64,000 nt of DNA from an uncultured Methanosarcinales archaeon (GTDB taxonomy: Archaea > Nanobdellota > Nanobdellia > Woesearchaeales > UBA583), in NCBI GenBank assembly GCA_964351975.1, contig CAYGPK010000001.1, positions 85,270 through 149,269 of the forward strand. The letters run 5' to 3'. Under the pieces are notes generated by a model. That model searched no databases, had not been told where the DNA came from, and was given only the letters and a program-made list of their open reading frames with translations. Positions 9,505-17,871 of the stretch are shown piece after piece (the first letter of the stretch is position 1; every line of letters starts with the position of its first letter). The position numbers were made by a program, and so were the translations under genes.

Positions 9505-10572
9505 TTATTTAATAACTTTTAATTTGTTAGGGTCAAATTTTTTCATTTGTTTTTTGCAGTTTTCAATTAATTCTTTTTTAAGAATTTCATAATCTTTGTA
9601 AATTACAAATTTTTTAATTTTATTTTCAGTTTCTTTTATTCTTTCTTCATCTTCTTCATCAAAAATATCAGTTTTACTAAAATAGATTTGAATATTTTTA
9701 TTTGATGTATCTTGTGTTTTTTTTAATAATTTTAGTTGACTCTCAATTGAATAACCACAACTTTGAGTAAAGTCTAATACAAAGATAATTTCATTTGCAT
9801 ATTGAGTCACAACTATTTGCGCACGTTCTTCTATATCATTATTTTTATCTCTTCCTAAAAGTCCAGGAGTATCAATTAGTTGAATTACTTTTCTATCATT
9901 TTCGTATAAATAAGAAAACATTAAACCTTTAGTTGTAAAAGGATAGTTTTGAATTTCTACATCAGAACCACTCATATTTTTCATAAGAGTTGATTTTCCA
10001 ACGTTTGGATATCCTGCAATACAAATTGTGTATAAATCTTCAAAGCTTGGAAGTTTATTCATAAATTTTCTAGCATCATCTAAGCTTAAGAAAAATTCTT
10101 TATTTTTTCTAAATAAGGAGTTTACTTTTCCTAAATGTTTTTTCATAAGAAAACCAACAGTTTCTCCAGTTCTTGCGTATTTGATTTTATGTTCTGTTTT
10201 TTGTGTGAATTCATCAATTGTATTTGCAATCCAAATAATTCTTCCAAGTGAATCCTTTATGCTAGCAACTTTAACAGGTGAAGTATTGATTAACTTTAGA
10301 TAAATTTGGTCTACTTTTTCGAAGTGTGGAAATTTTTTATCTATTTTTCTTAAACTAGTGTTTAAATGATTGTTTAGATATCTTATTTTTTGTAATTCTA
10401 AATCTTTTCTTTTATCTAAATTAACATCATCTTTTTGTTTTCTTTGAGTTGAAGCTACTCTTTTGAATCTTTCACCAATTTTTTCTCTTTCATTTGTTGC
10501 AAATTCTTGCATAGCTTTCATTGCTTGGTCAATATAAAAGTCAGCTTTTTCTATTTGTGGTATTTTGAACAT
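9505..10572 (-). CDS. NOG1-family GTPase
   Basis: G1 GYPNVGKST, G3 DTPGLL, and a NOG1-type N-terminal domain. Confidence 0.8.
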   Translation of the reverse strand: MFKIPQIEKADFYIDQAMKAMQEFATNEREKIGERFKRVASTQRKQKDDVNLDKRKDLELQKIRYLNNHLNTSLRKIDKKFPHFEKVDQIYLKLINTSPVKVASIKDSLGRIIWIANTIDEFTQKTEHKIKYARTGETVGFLMKKHLGKVNSLFRKNKEFFLSLDDARKFMNKLPSFEDLYTICIAGYPNVGKSTLMKNMSGSDVEIQNYPFTTKGLMFSYLYENDRKVIQLIDTPGLLGRDKNNDIEERAQIVVTQYANEIIFVLDFTQSCGYSIESQLKLLKKTQDTSNKNIQIYFSKTDIFDEEDEERIKETENKIKKFVIYKDYEILKKELIENCKKQMKKFDPNKLKVIK

Positions 10573-10658
10573 AGATATGTTAATATAGATTGATTAATAA
10601 ATATAAGTGTAATTTTTGCTAACTTTATTTAGTGTTTGATTAAATGTTTATACAAAAG

Positions 10659-10670
10659 TTTTTAAATAAA
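10659..10670 (+). promoter_or_regulatory. TATA-box-like 'tttttaaataaa' upstream of ATG 10688
   Basis: Lies at -29..-18 relative to the ATG. The same 'ttttaaata' core recurs upstream of 8181 and 17641. Confidence 0.3.
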
Positions 10671-10687
10671 AAAGATGATTATTTACT

Positions 10688-11173
10688 ATGGCTGATTTTA
10701 GTGAAACCCCACTTATGGAAATTATTCTTAGAAGATATGAGAGTCCTCATAACCTTAATGAACGTGATTCTTTAAAGAAAATATGTTTAGCGCTAGGTTT
10801 ATTACAACCTGGGGATTCTAGAGATATTATTGTTGATATTTTACTTGTTCTTGAGAAGGCAAAAAAAGATAAAAAAGAGCTTAGTGCTGTTGAAATTAAA
10901 TATGAATTACTTGAAATTAGAAAGAAAAATGGACTTTCTTTAAATGGAACTGCTGATTCTAATATTAGACGTCAACTTAAAAGATTAAGAGATGTTTTTT
11001 TAGCAGAAAAAGTTAGAAATAATTACAGAATTTTAGAATTTATGAGCTTAGAAGACATTTTTAACGAAAAGATTAAAAAGATAATACTTGATGCTATATT
11101 ATCGCGTAATGAAGAATATTTTAAATATTACAACGAAAACTTTGAGGTAAAGAAAAGTGATAAAAAAAAATAA
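10688..11173 (+). CDS. hypothetical protein
   Basis: 161-aa ORF. No motif. Confidence 0.4.
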   Translation: MADFSETPLMEIILRRYESPHNLNERDSLKKICLALGLLQPGDSRDIIVDILLVLEKAKKDKKELSAVEIKYELLEIRKKNGLSLNGTADSNIRRQLKRLRDVFLAEKVRNNYRILEFMSLEDIFNEKIKKIILDAILSRNEEYFKYYNENFEVKKSDKKK

Positions 11174-12035
11174 GTTAATTGTTTTGTTTTTGGTTTTATT
11201 TGGACTCTTGTTTAGTTCTTGTTCTAGTTTAACAGGAGATGATACTCAAACAAGTGGGATTAGTATTGGTAAAGGAAGTAGTTCTTCTTCAGGAAATGGA
11301 GTTAGTTTAACTTTTGGGGACAGTAATGTTGACCCTCAGAAAGGATTTGAATTTCCTCTTCAATTAATTATCAATAATTATCAAAGACATGCTATTGATG
11401 ATTTAAAAATTAAACCGACAGGTTTTGATTGGGGATATGTTTCAGGTCTTGATAGAGAGTATAATGTCAGGATGGGCGCTGCTACAGAGTCTGGACCTAA
11501 TCAATATTCACAGCTAATTCAAAGTATTAAGCTTGATGGGTTTACAGGGAGTTATCCCTTTGATCCAACTTTTAAATACTGTTACAGCGCTAAAACTGTG
11601 TTTCGTGAAACTGTTTGTGTTCCAGATAAATTTGGTGCTTGTGATATTTCAGGGGGGGATAATTTTGAGAATGGACCATTAAATATTAATATTGATAGAA
11701 TTTATCCTAGAGGAGAGCAAGACATTTTAGTTGAATTTTCAGTTAAAGATTCAGCAGGTGGAAATATTGTTAATGAGTGTTTTCAAGATGAGAGAAAAAT
11801 GGATTTTGGAAATGTTTATGCTTTGCAAGATATTAAGTTAGGAAGTAGTAGTGGAAATTGTAAACCTTTATCTTCAGATACTTATGTTGTTAACAGTGGA
11901 ACTTCAAAATTTTTATGTGAATTTACAAGAAGTAGTGAGGACCAATACAGTGCTCAATTAAGTGCAGGTCTAGATTATAAATATCAACAACAAGCTCAAA
12001 AGAAAATTACTATTCGTGATTTACAAATAGGATAG
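11157..12035 (+). CDS. secreted putative lipoprotein (lipobox-like LLFSSC), unknown function
   Basis: GTG start preceded by gaggt. Signal peptide MIKKNKLIVLFLVLFGLLFSSCSS. Paralogous in architecture to 50249..51145. Confidence 0.5.
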   Translation: MIKKNKLIVLFLVLFGLLFSSCSSLTGDDTQTSGISIGKGSSSSSGNGVSLTFGDSNVDPQKGFEFPLQLIINNYQRHAIDDLKIKPTGFDWGYVSGLDREYNVRMGAATESGPNQYSQLIQSIKLDGFTGSYPFDPTFKYCYSAKTVFRETVCVPDKFGACDISGGDNFENGPLNINIDRIYPRGEQDILVEFSVKDSAGGNIVNECFQDERKMDFGNVYALQDIKLGSSSGNCKPLSSDTYVVNSGTSKFLCEFTRSSEDQYSAQLSAGLDYKYQQQAQKKITIRDLQIG

Positions 12036-12037
12036 TT

Positions 12038-12136
12038 AATTCTTTTTTTCCCCTTCGTAAAAAAGAATATAACAACAATTTTTTTTAAATATAAAAATTC
12101 TTGGAACATTTTTTTCCCTTCGTGAAAAAGAATATT
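12038..12136 (+). repeat. two copies of 'ttttttcccttcgtRaaaaagaatat', each forming an AT-stem hairpin. Terminator/promoter region between 11157..12035 and 12170..13705.
   Basis: Copy 1 at 12038..12070 (stem attctttttt / aaaaaagaat, loop tccccttcgt). Copy 2 at 12108..12136. A TATA-like 'atttataaa' at 12135..12143 lies inside the palindrome aagaat-atttataa-attctt. Confidence 0.4.
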
Positions 12137-12169
12137 TATAAATTCTTTTTTTTATAAAATAGTATAATA

Positions 12170-13705
12170 ATGGATATAAAATTTATTTTAAGGTTTTCAA
12201 TTGCAATATTTCTAGTTTTTGGTGTGGTTTTAGGTGGAGTGTTTGGTGCAGCACCTATAACTGGTACTGTTTCTCAATCTGTTGTTCCTCAACAACAGGC
12301 TCAAACAACTGCAAGTACTCCTGCTTCAACTTTAACAGGGAATGTTGCAAATTCTAAGATTCAACAACAAACTCAAACACCCTCCACCAAATATTTAACT
12401 AGAGTTGTAGGTGACAAGTATTTTATTTATCCTTATGATGAGAATACCGATGTTAAAGATGGTATTTTAAATTATGTTGATCCTACACCCGGTGGACCTA
12501 ATATTCAAATTCCTTTGAAATCAGGTTTTGTTTCTGATGATGTGAATATAGCTTCAATAAAAGGAAAGTATAACACAAATAAATTAGATAAAGAAACTAT
12601 TGAAAAAATTCCTGCAACTGAGATAATGGCTTTGCCATTAGCTGAAAAAGAAGCATTAATTAAATTGGCAAATGATGAAGGGGATGGATATTTAAATTCT
12701 ATTTTCTCTGCATTTACACAAAAGATGACAGCTACAACTCTTGGTGCTAAAACTGTAGATGAAGTTTCAAAAAATACTGCTGCAAGTTGTAGTGGATGTA
12801 GTGCTGCTCAATATAATACTGAATATGAAAAGCAATTAAATTCCAAGTTAAGTAATCTATGTAGTAATGCCTTAAACAGTAATAAACCTTGTTCTTGTAG
12901 TTTAAATAGTTGTGATTTAAATGTATTATCTCAATTAGATAAGGATATATATAATTCTATTAAAAACAATTATGATAAGAAAACACAAGTTGAAACTAAT
13001 GGAATTTACAAAGCAATTTCTATTCTTACTAATCCAGATGAGAATGCTTTAAAGGCATCTAAATTATTTGGACTTGATGAAGCATTTAATTTTAAGGATA
13101 ATGCACTATATGATGTTTTTGGTGAGCCATTTCCTTCTAATATTTGTATTGCAAAGATAGATGGATACTTAGATGATCAACAAAACACAAATGGCGGAGT
13201 TACATCTTATCAATTCGGGACTGATGATCCTGATGAAAAACTTTCAGAGAGATCTATTAATGTACGTTATGATTTAAGAGCACAAATGACCAGAGTTACA
13301 CCAGATGCTAAAGTTAGTATTTCATATTCATATTTTGTAAAAGCGCCATTTGAAGAAGATTTACAATTTATTATTGCAGTTTCTTATGTTGCTGATAATA
13401 AAGTTAAAAAGGTTGCCTTAACAGATTTAAAATCAATAAAGGGCGGAGAGAAATCAAATGGTTTTGAAACAGTTGATTTGCCTTTAAATTCAACTAATGT
13501 TGATGAAAATTCATTTCAAATTGGGCTTGTAGCTGTTGATTCAACAAAGAGTCCAGTTTATAGTGTAACTACCCCTATAATTTTAATAACCTCTGGAACT
13601 AATAATTATAATATTAATTCTGGAAGTGGGAATTCACAAGGTAATACTAATGCACAATCAAATGCAAACTCTTTTGGTGTGGAGGATATGCTTAATTTGA
13701 TTTAA
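12170..13705 (+). CDS. secreted/surface protein, Cys-rich, with an N-terminal TM/signal and a Q/T-rich linker
   Basis: MDIKFILRFSIAIFLVFGVVLGG... followed by a QQQAQTT linker and a Cys cluster CSGCSAAQ...CSNALNSNKPCSCSLNSCDLN. Confidence 0.5.
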   Translation: MDIKFILRFSIAIFLVFGVVLGGVFGAAPITGTVSQSVVPQQQAQTTASTPASTLTGNVANSKIQQQTQTPSTKYLTRVVGDKYFIYPYDENTDVKDGILNYVDPTPGGPNIQIPLKSGFVSDDVNIASIKGKYNTNKLDKETIEKIPATEIMALPLAEKEALIKLANDEGDGYLNSIFSAFTQKMTATTLGAKTVDEVSKNTAASCSGCSAAQYNTEYEKQLNSKLSNLCSNALNSNKPCSCSLNSCDLNVLSQLDKDIYNSIKNNYDKKTQVETNGIYKAISILTNPDENALKASKLFGLDEAFNFKDNALYDVFGEPFPSNICIAKIDGYLDDQQNTNGGVTSYQFGTDDPDEKLSERSINVRYDLRAQMTRVTPDAKVSISYSYFVKAPFEEDLQFIIAVSYVADNKVKKVALTDLKSIKGGEKSNGFETVDLPLNSTNVDENSFQIGLVAVDSTKSPVYSVTTPIILITSGTNNYNINSGSGNSQGNTNAQSNANSFGVEDMLNLI

Positions 13706-13718
13706 GAGATTATAGAAA

Positions 13719-14063
13719 ATGGCATTGTTTAATAAAAAAAGGATTACTATCGGATTAATTGAAGATATAACTTTAGAAAATGGAACAACTTACAAAGCAA
13801 AGATAGATACTGGTGCTGATTCAAGTTCTATTGATGAAGCTATTTTAGAAAAACTGGGAAAGAAAGAATTTTCTAAACATAAAATTGTTAAATCTGCATT
13901 AGGTAAACACAAAAGAGCGACAGTTATTTTGGATGTTGAGTTTAAGGGTAAGATGTTTAGAGAGAGATTTTCAATTTCAGATAGAACTCATTTGAAATAT
14001 AAAATTTTAATAGGTAAAGATATTTTGAAAAAAGAAGGATTTTTGATAGATCCTAATAGTTAG
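13719..14063 (+). CDS. retropepsin-like aspartic protease (RimB-like, 'ATP-dependent zinc protease' domain) partner of RimK
   Basis: IDTGAD aspartyl-protease motif. 114 aa. Lies immediately upstream of a RimK-type ATP-grasp gene. Confidence 0.6.
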   Translation: MALFNKKRITIGLIEDITLENGTTYKAKIDTGADSSSIDEAILEKLGKKEFSKHKIVKSALGKHKRATVILDVEFKGKMFRERFSISDRTHLKYKILIGKDILKKEGFLIDPNS

Positions 14064-14098
14064 GTAATTTTATAAAATGAGAGTGGTTAAAGGTTAAT

Positions 14099-15175
14099 AT
14101 GGGATTAAGATTTGGACTTATAAGTTTGGGTAGTAAGTCTTCTAAAATGATTTTAGAGGAAGCAGGAAAACTTTTTGAAGTTGCTGATGAAATTGATTTA
14201 AAAAAAATTGAAGTTAAAATTGATAAACAAACTACAGTTTTGTACAATGGTCAACCTCTGGAAAAATACGATTGTCTTTATATGAGAGGTAGTTATAAAT
14301 ATTCAACACTTCTCTATGCATTATCTGAGGTCTATAGAGATAAGTGTTTTGTTCCTATTGATGCTAATGCACATATAATTGCACATAATAAATTTATGAC
14401 ACATTTATTTTTATCTTCTGAGAAATCTTTAAAAATGCCAGCAACTTATTTTGCTGCAAAAATTTCTGAAACCAAAGAATTTCTTAAAACCTTAAATTAT
14501 CCAATTATTATGAAATTTCCATCTGGAACACATGGTAAAGGAGTTATTTTTACAGAGAGTTATTCTAGTGCAAGTTCTATGATTGATGCTCTTAATGTAT
14601 TTGATCAACCAGTTATTATTCAAGATTATGTTAATATAAAATCTGATATTAGAATTATTGTTGCTGGAGATAAAGTAGTTGGAGCTATGAAGAGAACTTC
14701 TGCTAAAGATGAAGTTAGAGCAAATGCACATATGGGTGGAGATGCTGAGCCTTTTGTTGTTACACAAGAGATTAAGTTAATGTCAATTAAAGCTGCTCAA
14801 AAACTTAAAGCAGGAGTTTGTGCTGTTGATATTATTGAATCAGAGTATGGTCCACAAATTTTAGAAATTAATACTTCACCTGGACTTCAAAAGATAACAG
14901 AGGTTACAAAGAAAAATATTGCAAAAGAAATTGCAAGTTATTTATTTAATGAAACAGATAAAATTAAATCTGGTAAAGATAGAAAAATTTCAAAAGATGT
15001 TATGGGTAGTTTAGGAATTGATGAAATTGGTGTTCGTGAAATTGAAGGTGAAATACTTGTTAGAACAGGTAAGATAGTTTTACCAGAGTTTGCAACTACA
15101 ATGTCAGAATTTACTGATGGTGAAAATGTTATTTTAAAAGTTTCTAAAAATTCTATAGAGATAAGAAAAGAATAA
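14099..15175 (+). CDS. RimK-family alpha-L-glutamate ligase (ATP-grasp)
   Basis: ATP-grasp motifs (IMKFPSGTHGKGV, IIQDYV, ANAHMGGDAEP, ILEINTSPGL), plus a ~60-aa C-terminal extension. Confidence 0.75.
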   Translation: MGLRFGLISLGSKSSKMILEEAGKLFEVADEIDLKKIEVKIDKQTTVLYNGQPLEKYDCLYMRGSYKYSTLLYALSEVYRDKCFVPIDANAHIIAHNKFMTHLFLSSEKSLKMPATYFAAKISETKEFLKTLNYPIIMKFPSGTHGKGVIFTESYSSASSMIDALNVFDQPVIIQDYVNIKSDIRIIVAGDKVVGAMKRTSAKDEVRANAHMGGDAEPFVVTQEIKLMSIKAAQKLKAGVCAVDIIESEYGPQILEINTSPGLQKITEVTKKNIAKEIASYLFNETDKIKSGKDRKISKDVMGSLGIDEIGVREIEGEILVRTGKIVLPEFATTMSEFTDGENVILKVSKNSIEIRKE

Positions 15176-15186
15176 TTTTTAAAAAT

Positions 15187-15504
15187 TTATTTAATATCTT
15201 TTTTTGAGAGTGCTTTTATTCTTAAATATTTATCTTCAATTGAATGATTATCATAAGTATTTCCTTTTTTTAATTTTAGATGATTGAATTCATTTAATTC
15301 TTTATCGTGAATGTGCCAGGCAAGTTGTCCTTTTGGTGTTTCAATCATAACTATATTTCTTAGTTCTACTGGCCACTTTTCATCTTCAATTGGATGTTTT
15401 TCTAAATGAGAAGGAAATAATTTTGTTAAGAATAAAATTAGTTGATCTCTTTCCCAATAAGCAATGTCTTTATGTTCTTTATCTGTAAAATTAAGCTTGT
15501 TCAT
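15187..15504 (-). CDS. hypothetical protein
   Basis: 105-aa ORF overlapping the upstream Pop5-like gene by 14 nt (operon). Confidence 0.4.
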   Translation of the reverse strand: MNKLNFTDKEHKDIAYWERDQLILFLTKLFPSHLEKHPIEDEKWPVELRNIVMIETPKGQLAWHIHDKELNEFNHLKLKKGNTYDNHSIEDKYLRIKALSKKDIK

Positions 15505-15889
15505 TTTTTTTAGCTTTTTTATCCATTCTAATTCCTTTTAGAGTTGAGCTTGTTTTTAGTGTTTTAATTTTAATACTACAACTTCCAATATTTTGAATTA
15601 GTGCTAAAACTCCAATTAATTTATCTTTTGATTTAGTACTAACTTTAATAATTATTTCTTGTTTTTCAAAGTCAAATTTATCTCTAAGTAACCAAATTCC
15701 AGATTTTCCTAATTCAACAACTCCAAGATATTTTATTAATTCTTCAATTAAATTTTCAGATAATTCTTTAAAATCAAACTGTTTGCTCGATTCAATTTTT
15801 AGTAAAACAAACCTTTTTTTCTGTCTAAGCGTTGGACTTAAAACTTTAAGTTTTGAATCAGCGAGTGTTGTTTTACTATTTTTTTGCAT
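15491..15889 (-). CDS. RNase P protein subunit Pop5-like
   Basis: RFVLLKIES...LIEELIKYLG...IKVSTKSKDKLIGVLALI...TLKTSSTLKGI fits the Pop5/Rpp14 family pattern (KRY-lvfe...fGe...SGTlk). Confidence 0.5.
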   Translation of the reverse strand: MQKNSKTTLADSKLKVLSPTLRQKKRFVLLKIESSKQFDFKELSENLIEELIKYLGVVELGKSGIWLLRDKFDFEKQEIIIKVSTKSKDKLIGVLALIQNIGSCSIKIKTLKTSSTLKGIRMDKKAKKNEQA

Positions 15890-15981
15890 ATTTCTAATAT
15901 AATTAAAGATAATATAAGTTAAAAGGTTTTCCCTTTTTAAGAGATAACAAGTTTTATAAAACTTTAAGCTAATATTTAACT

Positions 15982-16872
15982 ATGTCAGATTTGCATTATT
16001 GTAAACCATCTAAGAATGATTTATTTTTAGTTTTTATAGTATCGGTTGTTTTTTCAGTATTGTTTTCTATGATGTTTTTGAGATTTGATTCAGGTTCAAC
16101 TATTTTTGAAACAATTATTATATTTTTTATTTATTTATTTATTCTATTTTTAACAAGATTAGTTATTATGAAATTTGCAGGAATTAGAAATGCATTTGAA
16201 TTAAATTTAGAATGGATATATTTTGATAGATTTGGTTTTAGATCTTATGACAAATTATCCTATTATAAAAATAAAGTTGAGGATAATACAGTTGGGCTTT
16301 CGATAGATGTTGCTCACTCTATTGGAAAATTAAAAGAAATTAATTATTCTAAAGTTGATAATTTTAAAGGGATACCAGTTTTGTTTATTAGCGTATTTTT
16401 TTATATTTTGACATTAGGTTTTTTTATCTTTCCTTCAGTTTTAAAATACAATATTAAAAAAATTCCTCATTTGTTTTTAGGTTCTAAAAAGAGATGGGAA
16501 TTTAGTTTATTATATTTCTATAATATGGACATTTCAGGTTATAGAGTTAGTAAAGTTTTATTTACTGGGTTTTTATATTATTTTGTTTTTGGAATTTTTG
16601 TTAAATTATTTTTAGGAGATTCAGAATTTTATTATTGGTTTATTTTTATTTTATATTGGTTTGCATTTATTACTTTAATACCATATCCTAGTTCAGAAGG
16701 ATTTCAATTATTTAGTTATAATAAATTTGCTTGGCTTATGGTTTTTACAATTTTAGTTTTAGGAATGATTGGACTTTTAGTTTTTAATAATTTATGGTAT
16801 ATGTTTGGAGTTTTAATTTTTGGATTTATTGCAGTTATGTTTGTTACACTTTGGAAGAAATTTATGGGCTAA
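15982..16872 (+). CDS. hypothetical polytopic membrane protein
   Basis: Multiple TM segments. No protease or peptidase motif found. Confidence 0.45.
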   Translation: MSDLHYCKPSKNDLFLVFIVSVVFSVLFSMMFLRFDSGSTIFETIIIFFIYLFILFLTRLVIMKFAGIRNAFELNLEWIYFDRFGFRSYDKLSYYKNKVEDNTVGLSIDVAHSIGKLKEINYSKVDNFKGIPVLFISVFFYILTLGFFIFPSVLKYNIKKIPHLFLGSKKRWEFSLLYFYNMDISGYRVSKVLFTGFLYYFVFGIFVKLFLGDSEFYYWFIFILYWFAFITLIPYPSSEGFQLFSYNKFAWLMVFTILVLGMIGLLVFNNLWYMFGVLIFGFIAVMFVTLWKKFMG

Positions 16873-16893
16873 TATAACTAAGAGTGATTGTGA

Positions 16894-17463
16894 TTGATGA
16901 TGAAAGGTAGGCGAGAAATAAGAAGTAGAAAAGCAGAACTTGGAATAGAAACTATGTTTTTTATTTTGATGGGTATTATTATGATTGCAATTATAGTTTT
17001 TGGTTTTAATAAGATTTTTTTAGTTAATGATACTTTATCACAATTAGAAGTTAATGATATGAAAAATCAAATTGAAGATGCCTTTAATCACTGTGAAGAT
17101 CCTCTTGCTAAGGGAGATGTTCAAGTTGTAAAATTTAAAAATAATTTATTTAATAGTGTATGTGTTATGAGTGGCGAGGTTACCCAAGATGATTTTTTAA
17201 ATCTTTTATATGAGAATGATATTAGTTATGATTTAAATAATATTGATTTTTTATATGGAGTTTTACGTGATGTTAATACTATTTTTCAAAGTGGAGATAA
17301 TGTAATTTTATTTGATTCTACTTTTATTAAAACTCAAGATACTTATTTATTATCCGATTTTCAAATCACACACAGTTTTAATGTTAATTTTGCATCTGAT
17401 AAATTATTTTGCCAATTTGATAAAGAGGGAGAAGGAGAGTTTGAGTTAAAACTTACTTGTTAG
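16894..17463 (+). CDS. putative archaeal type IV pilin-like protein (class III signal peptide)
   Basis: The N-terminus MMMKGRREIRSRKAELGIETMFFILMGIIMIAIIVFG has a charged region, then a K-A|E-L site fitting the FlaFind pattern, then a hydrophobic helix. Confidence 0.4.
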   Translation: MMMKGRREIRSRKAELGIETMFFILMGIIMIAIIVFGFNKIFLVNDTLSQLEVNDMKNQIEDAFNHCEDPLAKGDVQVVKFKNNLFNSVCVMSGEVTQDDFLNLLYENDISYDLNNIDFLYGVLRDVNTIFQSGDNVILFDSTFIKTQDTYLLSDFQITHSFNVNFASDKLFCQFDKEGEGEFELKLTC

Positions 17464-17475
17464 ATTACTTAAGTA

Positions 17476-17624
17476 TTTATCAATATATTTTCAAATAAAC
17501 CTTTTTTCGACGATTTTTCTTTTCGCAGTTTTTAAGTTCCGTTGAATCGAGAACTTAAACCTAGAAAATCGTAAAAAAGCTTTACCAAAAAATGGTGTTT
17601 TTATCAATATATTTTTAAATAAAC
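17476..17624 (+). repeat. palindromic ~97-bp element (17501..17597) flanked by a 25-bp direct repeat (17476..17500 and 17598..17624; 24/25 identical; contains TATA-like tttttaaataaac)
   Basis: Outer stem cttttttcgacgatttt / aaaatcgtaaaaaag. Inner hairpin taagttc-CGTTGAATCGAG-gaactta. The second direct-repeat copy sits 17-28 nt upstream of ATG 17641. Confidence 0.6.
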
Positions 17625-17640
17625 TAGAACTTAATAAGTT

Positions 17641-17871
17641 ATGAAGTCAGAAGATATCAAACTTGAGGCAAAAAATATTATGGATAATTTTATGTCTGCT
17701 ATGAAAGATATTGAAGTAGAGAATGATTTTATATTAGAGAGAGAAAATTCTTTTCGAGTAGAAGGAGATGGAGATGAATTAGATGAGAGTTTTAAGCAAA
17801 GATTTTTAGCAAATGCTAAAAGAACAACTGGTGATGCTATTCTCGCAAATAAAGGTGAGTGGGAGAGATAA
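17641..17871 (+). CDS. small acidic protein, possibly GatC-like
   Basis: LERENSFRVEGD...FKQRFLANAK resembles the GatC 'LReD...eeaLaNAP' region. Weak. No gatA/gatB nearby. Confidence 0.3.
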   Translation: MKSEDIKLEAKNIMDNFMSAMKDIEVENDFILERENSFRVEGDGDELDESFKQRFLANAKRTTGDAILANKGEWER

